A DNA stretch of 64,000 bases, taken from Heptranchias perlo. Lineage: Eukaryota. The stretch spans positions 127,472,001 to 127,536,000 of the forward strand of contig NC_090328.1 in the NCBI RefSeq assembly GCF_035084215.1, read 5' to 3'. The number at the start of each line of letters is the position of its first letter. The stretch's first letter is position 1. The notes under the pieces were generated by a model, which saw nothing but the letters and a program-made list of their open reading frames with translations, searched no databases and was not told the DNA's origin. The position numbers were made by a program, and so were the translations under genes. Positions 23,934 through 35,690 of the stretch are shown here, piece after piece.

Positions 23934-24564
23934 GTGAGCCAACAGTTTAGCCTATTAGAGACTTGAATTTGGATTTGGGATAAATGGAATTGAGTTTTTA
24001 TTTTCTGGACTTGTCCCTACAAAATATTGCAGCAATATGAACAATTCAAAAGGGCCCCAGTAGTAGTTCTCACTTTGGGCCCTGTAAACCCTAAGACCAC
24101 CTCAAAAAACTAGTATCTAAATCAAATTGCTCACTGAAAGAGGGACTCCTATACAACAGTCCACCAATTTCACCATTAGAAAATCAGTTCTAAATAATTG
24201 TGATCATTATTAGGTTTCTTTAATTTTTGGTGACTTTTGAGAAATATTTGACTATTTTGATGACAGACTTGCAATAGTAGTTACTGTACCAGTTGCAATG
24301 CTAACCTCAGACACACAATTAATTTAAATGTATTGCTGTGTGTGCTTTGTATTCATCGTGCTGCCATTTAACCCCGCAGTGCAGGGTAGACCAATATCTG
24401 AGTCAGCAGGCCGACAGTCCTCCTGAAGAGAGCTGATGGTTCGCCGCAGGCTAACAGGATGCACACCGGGCACTGCGCCGCTGGCCGGGTGAACCCTCGG
24501 CAGTGCTGGGGAGGGAGGGAGGGAGGGAGGGAGGGAGGGGGTACCTGCGCCTGAGCTCTCTGGG

Positions 24565-25040
24565 CATGGGGAGCGGGGGGGCATGGGGGTAGGGGGTGCG
24601 GGGGGGCATGGGGGTAGGGGGTGCGGGGGGGCATGGGGGTAGGGGTGCGGGGGGGCATGGGGGTAGGGGTGCGGGGGGGCATGGGGGTAGGGGGTGCGGG
24701 GGGGCATGGGGGTAGGGGGTGCGGGGGGGCATGGGGGTAGGGGGTGCGGGGGGCATGGGGGTAGGGGGTGCGGGGGGGCATGGGGGTAGGGGGTGCGGGG
24801 GGGCATGGGGGTAGGGGTGTGCGGGGGGGCATGGGGGTAGGGGGTGCGGGGGGGCATGGGGGGTAGGGGGTGCAGGGGGAGGGTGCGGGGGGGGCCATGG
24901 GGGGTAGGGGTGCGGGGGGGGGCATGGGGAGCATGGGGGGGGGGCATGGGGGAGCGGGGGGGGGGGGGCAATGGGGAGCTGGGGGGGGGGGGGCATGGGG
25001 AGCGGGGGGGGGGGGCATGCGGGGGAGCGGGGGGGGGGGG
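24565..25040. repeat. G-rich ~25-bp minisatellite (~19 copies), G-quadruplex-prone
   Basis: Unit GGGGGGGCATGGGGGTAGGGGGTGC. Confidence 0.95.
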
Positions 25041-25315
25041 GTGACCTCCCACAGAGCAAAATAGGAACCCCACCGGTGGACTGGAGACTCAGGAGTGATA
25101 GGTTCCCGTGGGTCAGACACCCGCTGACCGAAGAAATGTGCCCCCGCCCCCCGCGAGCACTTTGACTGACGCTATGAGGCGGGCTCGGATACCCACCTGA
25201 GGTCAGGGTCAGAGTCGGGCACCGCCGATTCACACGGACCTCCTGTTTCTGCGCTGTGTTAAAGGCTGATTTAAAGTTTACTCACAACGTACCGCAGTCT
25301 GCCTCGGCCTGGCGT

Positions 25316-26225
25316 TAGCCCCCCCCCGGGTCGGCTCTCTCTCGGTTTAGCCCCCCCCCGGGTCGGCTCTCTCTCGGTTTAGCCCCCCCCCGGGTCGGCC
25401 CTCTCTCGGTTTAGCCCCCCCCCCGGGTCGGCTCTCTCTCGGTTTAGCCCCCCCCCGGGTCGGCTCTCTCTCGGTTTAGCCCCCCCCCGGGTCGGCTCTC
25501 TCTCGGTTTAGCCCCCCCCCGGGTCGGCTCTCTCTCGGTTTAGCCCCCCCCCCGGGTCGGCTCTCTCTCGGTTTAGCCCCCCCCCCGGGTCGGCTCTCTC
25601 TCGGTTTAGCCCCCCCCCGGGTCGGCTCTCTCTCGGTTTAGCCCCCCCCCCGGGTCGGCCCTCTCTCGGTTTAGCCCCCCCCCCGGGTCGGCTCCTCTCT
25701 CGGTTTAGCCCCCCCCCCGGGTCGGCCCTCTCTCGGTTTAGCCCCCCCCCGGGTCGGCTCTCTCTCGGTTTAGCCCCCCCCCCGGGTCGGCTCTCTCTCG
25801 GTTTAGCCCCCCCCCCGGGTCGGCCCTCTCTCGGTTTAGCCCCCCCCCCCCGGGTCGGCCCTCTCTCGGTTTAGCCCCCCCCCGGTCGGCCCTCTCTCGG
25901 TTTAGCCCCCCCCCCCCCGGGTCGGCCCTCTCTCGGTTTAGCCCCCCCCCGGGTCGGCCCTCTCTCGGTTTAGCCCCCCCCGGGTCGGCCCTCTCTCGGT
26001 TTAGCCCCCCCCCCCCCCCCGGGTCGGCCCTCTCTCGGTTTAGCCCCCCCCCCCGGGTCGGCCCTCTCTCGGTTTAGCCCCCCCCCGGTCGGCTCTCTCT
26101 CGGTTTAGCCCCCCCCGGGTCGGCTCTCTCTCGGTTTAGCCCCCCCCGGTCGGCCCTCTCTCGGTTTTACTCCTCTCTCTCTCTCTCGGTTTAGCCCCCC
26201 CCCCCCGGCCGGCTCTCTCTCGGTT
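25316..26225. repeat. C-rich ~31-33-bp minisatellite (~28 copies)
   Basis: Unit TTAG(C)nGGGTCGGCTCTCTCTCGGT with a variable C run. Confidence 0.95.
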
Positions 26226-26259
26226 TTACTCCTCTCTCTCTCTCTCCTTCTCTCCCTCT

Positions 26260-26280
26260 TGTTTGCCGTTTCTCGGCAAC
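26260..26280. promoter_or_regulatory. Forkhead-like motif plus RFX X-box
   Basis: TGTTTGC (26260-66) next to GTTTCT-C-GGCAAC (26268-80), fitting the X-box consensus typical of motile-cilia genes. Confidence 0.7.
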
Positions 26281-26360
26281 GGACGCGACTCGGAACCTTC
26301 CCAGCGCGCACCGCGCCGGGCCTAAGGGATTATTCCCACAAGACACCGCGGCAAGAACGC

Positions 26361-29283
26361 TGACGCAGGGCCGGTATCGGCGCTGGGTCTTTTGTGACGC
26401 AGGGCCGGTATCGGCGCTGGGTCTTTGTGTGACGGAAGGCCGGTATCGGCGCTGGGTCTTTTGTGACGCAGGGCCGGTATCGGCGCTGGGTCTTTAGTGA
26501 CGGAAGGCCGGTATCGGCGCTGGGTCTTTAGTGACGGAAGGCCGGTATCGGCGCTGGGTCTTTTGTGACGCAGGGCCGGTATCGGCGCTGGGTCTTTAGT
26601 GACGGAAGGCCGGTATCGGCGCTGGGTCTTTAGTGACGGAAGGCCGGTATCGGCGCTGGGTCTTTTGTGACGCAGGGCCGGTATCAGCGCTGGGTCTTTG
26701 TGTGACGGAAGGCCGGTATCGGCGCTGGGTCTTTAGTGACGCAAGGCCGGTATCAGCGCTGGGTCTTTGTGTGACGGAAGGCCGGTATCGGCGCTGGGTC
26801 TTTAGTGACGCAAGGCCGGTATCGGCGCTGGGTCTTTTGTGACGCAAGGCCGGTATCGGCGCTGGGTCTTTAGTGACGCAAGGCCGGTATCAGCGCTGGG
26901 TCTTTAGTGACGCAAGGCCGGTATCAGCGCTGGGTCTTTAGTGACGCAAGGCTGGTATCGGCGCTGGGTCTTTTGTGACGCAAGCCTGGTATCAGCGCTG
27001 GGTCTTTTGTGACGCAAGGCTGGTATCAGCGCTGGGTCTTTAGTGACGCAGGGCCGGTATCGACGCTGGGTCTTTTGTGACGGAAGGCTGGTATCGGCGC
27101 TGGGTCTTTTGTGACGGAAGGCCGGTATCGGCGCTGGGTCTTTAGTGACGCAAGGCTGGTATCGGCGCTGGGTCTTTTGTGACGCAAGGCTGGTATCGGC
27201 GCTGGGTCTTTTGTGACGGAAGGCTGGTATCGGCGCTGGGTCTTTAGTGACGCAAGGCTGGTATCGGCGCTGGGTCTTTAGTGACGCAAGGCTGGTATCG
27301 GCGCTGGGTCTTTAGTGACGCAAGGCTGGTATCGGCGCTGGGTCTTTTGTGACGGAAGGCCGGTATCGGCGCTGGGTCTTTAGTGACGCAAGGCCGGTAT
27401 CGGCGCTGGGTCTTTTGTGACGCAGGGCCGGTATCGGCGCTGGGTCTTTAGTGACGGAAGGCCGGTAACGGCGCTGGGTCTTTAGTGACGCAAGGCTGGT
27501 ATCGGCGCTGGGTCTTTTGTGACGCAAGGCTGGTATCGGCGCTGGGTCTTTTGTGACGCAAGGCTGGTATCAGCGCTGGGTCTTTAGTGACGCAGGGCCG
27601 GTATCGACGCTGGGTCTTTTGTGACGGAAGGCTGGTATCGGCGCTGGGTCTTTTGTGACGCAAGGCTGGTATCGGCGCTGGGTCTTTTGTGACGGAAGGC
27701 TGGTATCGGCGCTGGGTCTTTAGTGACGCAAGGCTGGTATCGGCGCTGGGTCTTTAGTGACGCAAGGCTGGTATCGGCGCTGGGTCTTTAGTGACGCAAG
27801 GCTGGTATCGGCGCTGGGTCTTTTGTGACGGAAGGCCGGTATCGGCGCTGGGTCTTTAGTGACGCAAGGCTGGTATCGGCGCTGGGTCTTTTGTGACGCA
27901 GGGCCGGTATCGGCGCTGGGTCTTTAGTGACGGAAGGCCGGTAACGGCGCTGGGTCTTTAGTGACGCAAGGCTGGTATCGGCGCTGGGTCTTTTGTGACG
28001 CAAGGCTGGTATCGGCGCTGGGTCTTTTGTGACGCAAGGCTGGTATCGGCGCTGGGTCTTTTGTGACGCAAGGCTGGTATCGGCGCTGGGTCTTTTGTGA
28101 CGCAAGGCTGGTATCGGCGCTGGGTCTTTAGTGACGCAAGGCTGGTATCGGCGCTGGGTCTTTTGTGACGCAAGGCCGGTATCGGCGCTGGGTCTTTTGT
28201 GACGGAAGGCTGGTATCGGCGCTGGGTCTTTAGTGACGCAAGGCTGGTATCGGCGCTGGGTCTTTTGTGACGCAAGGCTGGTATCGGCGCTGGGTCTTTT
28301 GTGACGCAAGGCTGGTATCGGCGCTGGGTCTTTTGTGACGCAAGGCTGGTATCGGCGCTGGGTCTTTTGTGACGCAGGGCCGGTATCGGCGCTGGGTCTT
28401 TTGTGACGCAAGGCTGGTATCGGCGCTGGGTCTTTTGTGACGCAAGGCTGGTATCGGCGCTGGGTCTTTTGTGACGGAAGGCCGGTATCGGCGCTGGGTC
28501 TTTTGTGACGCAGGGCCGGTATCAGCGCTGGGTCTTTTGTGACGGAAGGCCGGTATCAGCGCTGGGTCTTTTGTGACGCAGGGCCGGTATCAGCGCTGGG
28601 TCTTTTGTGACGGAAGGCCGGTATCAGCGCTGGGTCTTTTGTGACGGAAGGCCGGTATCAGCGCTGGGTCTTTTGTGACGCAGGGCCGGTATCAGCGCTG
28701 GGTCTTTTGTGACGCAGGGCCGGTATCAGCGCTGGGTCTTTTGTGACGGAAGGCCGGTATCAGCGCTGGGTCTTTTGTGACGCAGGGCCGGTATCAGCGC
28801 TGGGTCTTTTGTGACAGAAGGCCGGTATCAGCGCTGGGTCTATGTGTGACGGAAGGCCGGTATCAGTGCTGGGTCTTTTGTGACAGAAGGCCGGTATCAG
28901 CGCTGGGTCTTTTGTGACGGAAGGCCGGTATCAGCGCTGGGTCTTTTGTGACAGAAGGCCGGTATCAGCGCTGGGTCTTTTGTGACGGAAGGCCGGTATC
29001 AGCGCTGGGTCTTTTGTGACGGAAGGCCGGTATCAGCGCTGGGTCTTTTGTGACGCAGGGCCGGTATCATCGCTGGGTCTTTTGTGACGGAAGGCCGGTA
29101 TCAGCGCTGGGTCTTTTGTGACGCAGGGCCGGTATCAGCGCTGGGTCTTTTGTGACGCAGGGCCGGTATCAGCGCTGGGTCTTTTGTGACGCAGGGCCGG
29201 TATCAGCGCTGGGTCTTTTGTGACGCAGGGCCGGTATCAGCGCTGGGTCTTTTGTGACGCAGGGCCTGTATCAGCGCTGGGCC
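26361..29283. repeat. 34-bp CpG-rich minisatellite, ~86 copies
   Basis: Unit TGACG(C/G)A(G/A)GGC(C/T)GGTATC(G/A)GCGCTGGGTCTTT(T/A)G, head-to-tail with no spacers. Confidence 0.97.
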
Positions 29284-30499
29284 TTCTTTCCCCTGCTATT
29301 CGCCCATTGTGAGAGTGTGATGTGACGATATCGTGCCATTGTGACCGCTCCAATAACAGAATGACCACGTGGTGCGCGGGCTGGGGTGGAGAAGGCAAGT
29401 TTTCAACTCAAGTTGGAAATTAAAATAGTGGAGGATTAGGGCATGATGGAAGTTCTGGGTGATTTATTTTTGCTTTGGTTTTCATAGTGGAGTATAATGC
29501 TGTACCAGATGTATAAGGAAGTCGAGGTTAATGAGGTGGACTAACTTCCAGGGACCAATAACGATGTAATGTTGAGTAGGTTGCACATTCCATCTAAACT
29601 AAAACATTGCAAACTCCAGTGTCACGTGTAATCGGTGGGAAAATCCATTTTGAAAGTGCCAACATTTACCTGTAGTACCTAAATAGCATTTACTGTGTCA
29701 CAACCTGGAGAAGTACAGAGTTTTAGCAACAAGTCCAGTATACAGACACTGGTTTTTAGATAAAGCTTTTGCATTGAATTTTGTTCACAATCTGCTCATT
29801 TTGGTAAGTGTTACAGTAATTTAAAAATTGTTACTCTGACCCACATGAAATGTAGAAATTACTTCAAAAAAAATAGCAGATGCTGCAGTGAGCCAATAGC
29901 CGGACAGTACCTTAATCCCTGTTAAATCCTAGCATACTCGAGTAAACATTCCCTCTCCACCAAAAACACGTCAGTGAAGTAAATCGGTAAACTCTAATTA
30001 TATATTCGTTCAGTGTGCATCTCTCGCAGAATGACCAAGCAAATGGAATCTTTTTCAGGTATGGACAGGAAAGTTGGAGCCCCTGCCCCCGAGCACAAAA
30101 TTGGTCTATGCAGAGCAACAAGACATCTCTGCCCTGCTCCCAGCCCCCATTCCGTTGTACACAAACTGCGGCTCATAGTGCATTAAACGTGTGCCACCCC
30201 TGCAAAGTAAGCAGAAAGTTGGGTTCAGGAGTGCAGTGGATCTGCCGAAAGCCCCACCCAAGTGAACACAACATTATGGTTGGCAACACCACTCAGCCTC
30301 CACCCTCCCTGCCCATCTTCCTCATCCTTGTCTTCTCCCCCTCCCTCACCTGAGTCCAATCATTTCCCCCTCCCTCTTAACCTTGCTTGACCTAAATATT
30401 TCCCTTGAATCTTCACTTCCTATTTGCAACATCACAGAACTAGTAAACAGAAAAATTGTAATAAAGCTTGGCAACTCTCCAACCCACGTGGTTTGCACC

Positions 30500-30870
30500 C
30501 ATGAGTATCAGAAGATTGGAAGGTAGCAAACTTTGAATGTTTATTCAAAAAAAGAGGGAATTACAACTAAGTACCTACCAGCCAATGTGTTGTTCATATG
30601 TAGTGCAAAAATTGCTAGACTCCATCATCAGGGACAATAAGTAGGCACTTTTAAGCTAATTAGGAAGAGTTAGCAATATTTTGTGAAAGGTAAGTCATAT
30701 CTAACTAACCCGATAGGGTTCTTCGACAGTCACTGAGGTAGTGGATAGATGAGGATCAATGGATGTTGTTCCTATAGACTTTCAGAAAGATAAGGTTCCA
30801 CACAAGAGATTGGTAGCTAAAATTAAGGCACATGGAATTGGAAAAGGCTTTGTGACAAGGGAAGGAAACC
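30500..30870 (+). mobile_element. Degraded CR1 RT fragment
   Basis: DVVPIDFQK-DKVPHKRLVAKIKAHGI. Confidence 0.7.
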
Positions 30871-30874
30871 AGTT

Positions 30875-33800
30875 GATGCCCTTGTCCCCATTAAAACTAT
30901 TATTCTCTCTCTCACCCAGGTCATTCCCCCTGGTACAGCCCCCATCTCCGCTCCTTTAAGTCCAAGGGACGCAGACTTGAACGTTTATGGCAGACAACTG
31001 GTTGAGCCATTCATCGCCAGATCTGGCTGGACCACATAAAGCACTATCGGGTCCTGCTCTCCTCTGCCAAAACTGCTCACTACTCCAAGATCATCCTGAA
31101 ATGCAAAGATAACCCCCGGCTTCTCTTCACTACAAACCGTCTTCTTAAACCCCTCTCCCCTGCCCCTTTTACCCTCACCTCCAACGACAAGTGCGAGGAG
31201 CTAATGGACTTCTTTGTCACTAAGATTGAGACCATCTGTTCAGCTGCCTCTGCCATTTCTCTCCTTTCCCCTAGCCCACCAACCCAAACTTCCCCTAAGG
31301 CTCCCCCCTGCTCTAGCCCTGAACTTGCATGTTAATCTAGTTTCTCTCCTATCTCCCCTCATGCCTATGCTGAGCTCATCTTGTCCAGGAGACCCACCTC
31401 CTGAGTGGGGTTCAAAGCCCCTTTGACAAAGGACATTTGAAGGAAAGGGCTATCTGAACCACTTTTAAACAAAGACATTTGAAAACCTGCAAACACAGTA
31501 ATGTGATAAACTGTGTCCTCGCAAATCCTGTTTTTCCCTCAGTGATGTTGATGGCATTGAGAAGTATGAGTTTCAGGATCGAAGACATTTTACTGCGAAT
31601 AGATATCTAGATTATTAAATAGATAAGCTAGACGGTTAATATTGAGTTTAAAGCATTGTCAGGCTTTCAAAACACATCAGCTTTTGGAAACACAAGTTTT
31701 TCAACACAGCAGGAGGTGGTGTAAGAAAAGGCAACAAGGGCATACATCAAAGGCTTTGGATCGGGAAAGCAATGATAGGCGTGAACAATGCACGGGCTTC
31801 TCATTCCTATCTGGTAATCTGTTCAAAGAACTGGGATTTGTAAAACGTCAAATAGTATTGCACCCAGCATATGGTCAAATGGTATAAGGAATGGATTTGA
31901 ACCCACTGAAGCAATCAAAATTGGAGACAACAGGACCATTAAGAATGTCTCGGCATAGAAATGAAAGGGGTTATCTCTACATGAAAGGCCATAAACAGAG
32001 ATAGTAAAGGGGCCTTTTACATTCCATGGTTCGAGCACATGGTCTTTTCTATGTCAAAAGGGTCTCTGATCACATGATCAAAGCCTAACTGTCAATCATT
32101 GAGGTATGTTAATGATTGAGGCATAGCAACAGAGAGTGATTGGACAAAAAGTATGACCCTCCCTAATCCTATGTCCTATTGATAAAAAAAATATAAAAAG
32201 ACTTTGAGAGAAGAACAGGTCCTCTCTTCTCCTCTCTTCTCTCCACCACCCGGCAGTCACAAGGAATGCTCACTGCAGTTGAACATCACGCAAGAAGAAA
32301 AGGACCTTGAGTTCTGAAGAGCTGATCAACCTTCAGGCCCGATGCGTAAAATCCTTGTTCTAAAGGTTGTATATGTATTAATGATTTGCCTGAAGTGTGT
32401 ATGAATTGTTAAGTCATTATATAATAACATTGCGAATTATTAAGTGTATAGCAGGATTTTATAAAGGAAAGTCATATGGATGGTTTGATTTTGCTTCATG
32501 AATGCTTGTATGAATGATAACATCATTAAATAATTATTTCTGATTAACGAAACTACTGTGAGTGAGGGTGACTTTCTTTGCTTGACTATTCATCCAGTGT
32601 CCAAGAATCACACAAAATAAGGAATTCTCTACACCTACTCTCTCGACCCTATTCCCACCAAACTGCTGACCACCCAACGTCCCTTCCTGGCCCTCATGTT
32701 AGCTGATATTGTTAACAGTTCCCTCTCCTCGGAGGCTGTCCTCTTCCCTTCAAATCTGCAATCATCAGCTCCTTCTCAAAAAAACACCCTTGACCCCTCT
32801 ATCCTCGCAAACTACCGCCCATCTCCAGCCTCCCTTTCCTCTCCAAAGTCCTTGAAGATGTTGTCGCCTCCCAAATCCGTCCCACCTTTCCCGCAACTCC
32901 ATGTTTGAACCCCTCCAATCAGGTTTCCGCTCCGTACTGAAACAGCCCTTACCAAAGTCACAAATGACAACCTATGTGACTGTGACCGTGATAAACTATC
33001 CTTCCTCATCCTTCTTGACCTGTTTGCAGCCTTTGACACGGTTGACCATACAATCCTCCTCCAACACCTCCCCTCCATTGTCTAGCTGGGTGGGACTGCC
33101 CTCGCCTGATTCCATTCCTATATATCAGTAGTAGCTAGAGAATCACCTGCAATGGCTTCTCTTCCCACTCCCGCATCATTACCTTTGGAGTCCCCCAAGG
33201 ATCTTCATATCTCATATCCTCTCCACCACCAAGACTGCCTACTTCCACCTCCGTAACATCGCACGTCTCCGCCCCTGCCTCAGCTTATTTGCTGCTGAAA
33301 CCCTCATCCGTGCCTTTGTTACCTCTAGACTAGATTATTCCAATGCTCTCCAGGCTGGCCTCCTGCCTTGCACCCTCCATAAACTTGAGCTTGTCCAAAA
33401 CCCCGCTGCCTGTATCCTAACTCACGCCAAGTCTGTTCGTCCATCACCACTGTGCTCGCCGACCTACATTGGCACCCGGTCGGCAATGCCTCAATTTTAA
33501 AATTCTCATCCCTGTTTTCAAATCCCTCCATGGCGTCGCCCCTCCTTATCTGTGTAACCTCCTCCAGCCCTACAGTCCTCTGAGATCTCTGCACTCCTCC
33601 AATTCTGGCCTCTTGCGCATCCCCGATTTTTAATCGCTCCATCATTGGCGGACGTGCCTTCAGCTGCCTAGGCCCTAAGCTCTGTAAATCCCTCCTTAAA
33701 CCTCTCCGCCTTTCTACCTCTCTCTCCTTCTTTAAGGCGCTCTTTAAAACCTACCTCTTTGAACGAGCTACCTGTCCTAATATCTCCTTATGTGGCTCAG

Positions 33801-33885
33801 TGTCAAATTTTGTTTGATTACAACTCCTCTGAAGCACCTAGGGATGTTTTACTACGTTAAAGGTGCTATATAAATGCAAGCTGTT
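30875..33885 (+). mobile_element. L2-clade LINE split by a 1.2 kb insertion
   Basis: [45 protein letters not shown], tail gctatataaatgcaag; homology resumes at 32634. Confidence 0.85.
31402..32633 (+). mobile_element. Probable solo LTR
   Basis: Insertion in the L2 bounded by TG...CA, flanks cctcc/cctac, internal TATAAAA (~32192) and ATTAAA; no ORF. Confidence 0.5.
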
Positions 33886-34655
33886 GTTGTTGTTGTAAAG
33901 AAGTGGGACCAGGACCAGGAATCCAACACCACCAGTGAAAAGTTGTGGAGGAGGCTAAGCCAGGCGAAGCAATGGGGCTGGAAGCCTGGGCAGGGCACAT
34001 AAAAGAAATGCCATGAGCAGCCTGGGACCCATGACTGGTAAGGAAAAGAGAGGTTGGCATTAAAAGATGGAAAAAAAAATACCTTGCAATGTGTACAAAT
34101 ACAAATTTTAAAATGTTAAAAGCAAAGAATATTACAAACCTCAGACAGCAGGTGGAGCTCTTTGTATAGATGGAGTTCTACAAAGCTGTGGCAAAGAGTC
34201 ATAGCCAAGTGATACAGGTTAGTGATAAAATAAAATGGAACATCCTATTACAGTGCCACCTACTGTTTAACGTGTGCCCCCTTAAACCCACGTTGCACTT
34301 TAAAATCAGATTAGTACTCCAGCTATTAAAAAGAACCGAAATATTTTTAAGTTTGATAGCATAGTACTGACAGCAGCCAGTAGGTATTGCTGTAAGTATT
34401 CTACTTTCCAATACTGGACCTAAACTACAATACATAGGTCACAGGTGCAAATCCCCTGGAAGATGGTTAGAATCTCACCCTATTTCCCAGTCTTACAAAG
34501 ACGTTCATGACGTAAAATGGATTTTATTGGTGCAATGTGTATTAAGTTTATCTATAATCTTTCTGTATGCTATTAAAAAGCATGTATCAATAAGACTGTA
34601 GAGATGTATGAAATTTCAAGAACCAATTTGCTTATCAGTGCATACTAAACACATG

Positions 34656-35210
34656 GACCCCAAATTTCTACAACATCAGTCGTAATGCTGTTATGCCAGC
34701 CGATAAAGAATTGTGCCAACCAATGGTCTGGAAAGATACTTACACCAGATTTTCTTGGGTTAGCTCATTTACATGTTCATTGGAATAGTGATTGGCAGGA
34801 GCCAGCTGCCATAAGAAGAGGGCCACCCAATCCCCATGACCCTTTGACAGAGCATGGACAGCCAACCGCCTCTGGGGATACTGGTCCTCAGATTGCACCT
34901 CAGGGAAGCGCCAGAAAGAAAGGTACCAAGGGGAAGCAGGGTGTTAGGTAAGAGTAGGTTGATCTGTGTTCATCTTGGACTTTTGTTGTAATAAATAGAA
35001 TATCCAATTATGTTGAGCTTTGTATTCGTGAAAGTTTGGTGTCGTACAGGAAAGAGTTGACTTATTTGGTGCTTACTTGTTCAATCAGGTGATGATTATT
35101 GACATGGTCATGGAGGAGCAAAGAGGACTGATGTGTTGTCATGATCCAGGATGGGTACTGGATTGAGGAAATGTTTACTGGAAAATGGGGGTGAAGGAGG
35201 TATGGCATTA
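34656..35210 (+). mobile_element. Old internally deleted Harbinger fragment
   Basis: 34880-35210 aligns by eye with 46290-46640 (Myb 3' end and UTR); degenerate TIR-like start ggaccccaaatttc. Confidence 0.55.
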
Positions 35211-35235
35211 TTTACACAGAAGAGAAGAATTCAGT

Positions 35236-35690
35236 GGCCCCAATCTTTATTTAATTCATTTTTCCCAGAATAGTCCCAATCCCTATCTAATTAAATTCCT
35301 TACCGAAGCCCCAATTTTTAATTAAATTTAGCTAGAATAGCCTTGATCTTCAATTAATTTTCCCCAGAATACCTCCATTCTTTAATTAATTTCCCCATAA
35401 TAGCCCCAATATTTGTCTAATTAATTTCCCCCAATTATGCCAATCTTTAATTAATTTTCCCACAATAGTCCCAATCTATATTTAATTATTTTTGAATCTA
35501 ACGAAGCCTCGATCTTTCATTAATTTTGTTGACTGAAGTTCAGGTCTTTAGTTAATTTTCCTGGTGTGTAATTTATTAACCCCACATCTTTCGTTAATTT
35601 TGTTAACTTTCTCCCCAATTCATTTCATTAATATATCGCCACCATTGCCAACTTTCTTTAATTTACTTATTTGGCACCATTTCTCCCTAT
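35236..35690. repeat. Degenerate AT-rich ~30-35-bp tandem repeat
   Basis: Recurrent ccccaatctttaattaattttcccagaatag-like units. Confidence 0.75.

Larger units (their letters stand above)
24400..29400. promoter_or_regulatory. CpG-island-like promoter region of DNAH6 (largely tandem repeats)
   Basis: Sharp rise in GC/CpG upstream of the first coding exon; X-box at 26268; strong minus-strand donor gtgagt at 25285-25280. Confidence 0.65.

Noticed and set aside
24373-24545. Extra DNAH6 upstream exon (acceptor at 24507-06 after a (CCCT)n tract; nearby donor at 24544)
   Set aside because: Weak downstream donor, an implausible 39-nt intron and no recognisable homology; cannot be supported without RNA data
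24324-25233. Long proline-rich (extensin/formin-like) ORFs
   Set aside because: Open in all three minus frames only because the G-rich minisatellite lacks stops
26596-28445. Repetitive ORFs (RHKRPSADT...)
   Set aside because: Translations of the 34-bp array that cycle through frames
26361-29283. CRISPR array (34-bp periodicity)
   Set aside because: Units are contiguous with no unique spacers, there are no cas genes, and the context is vertebrate
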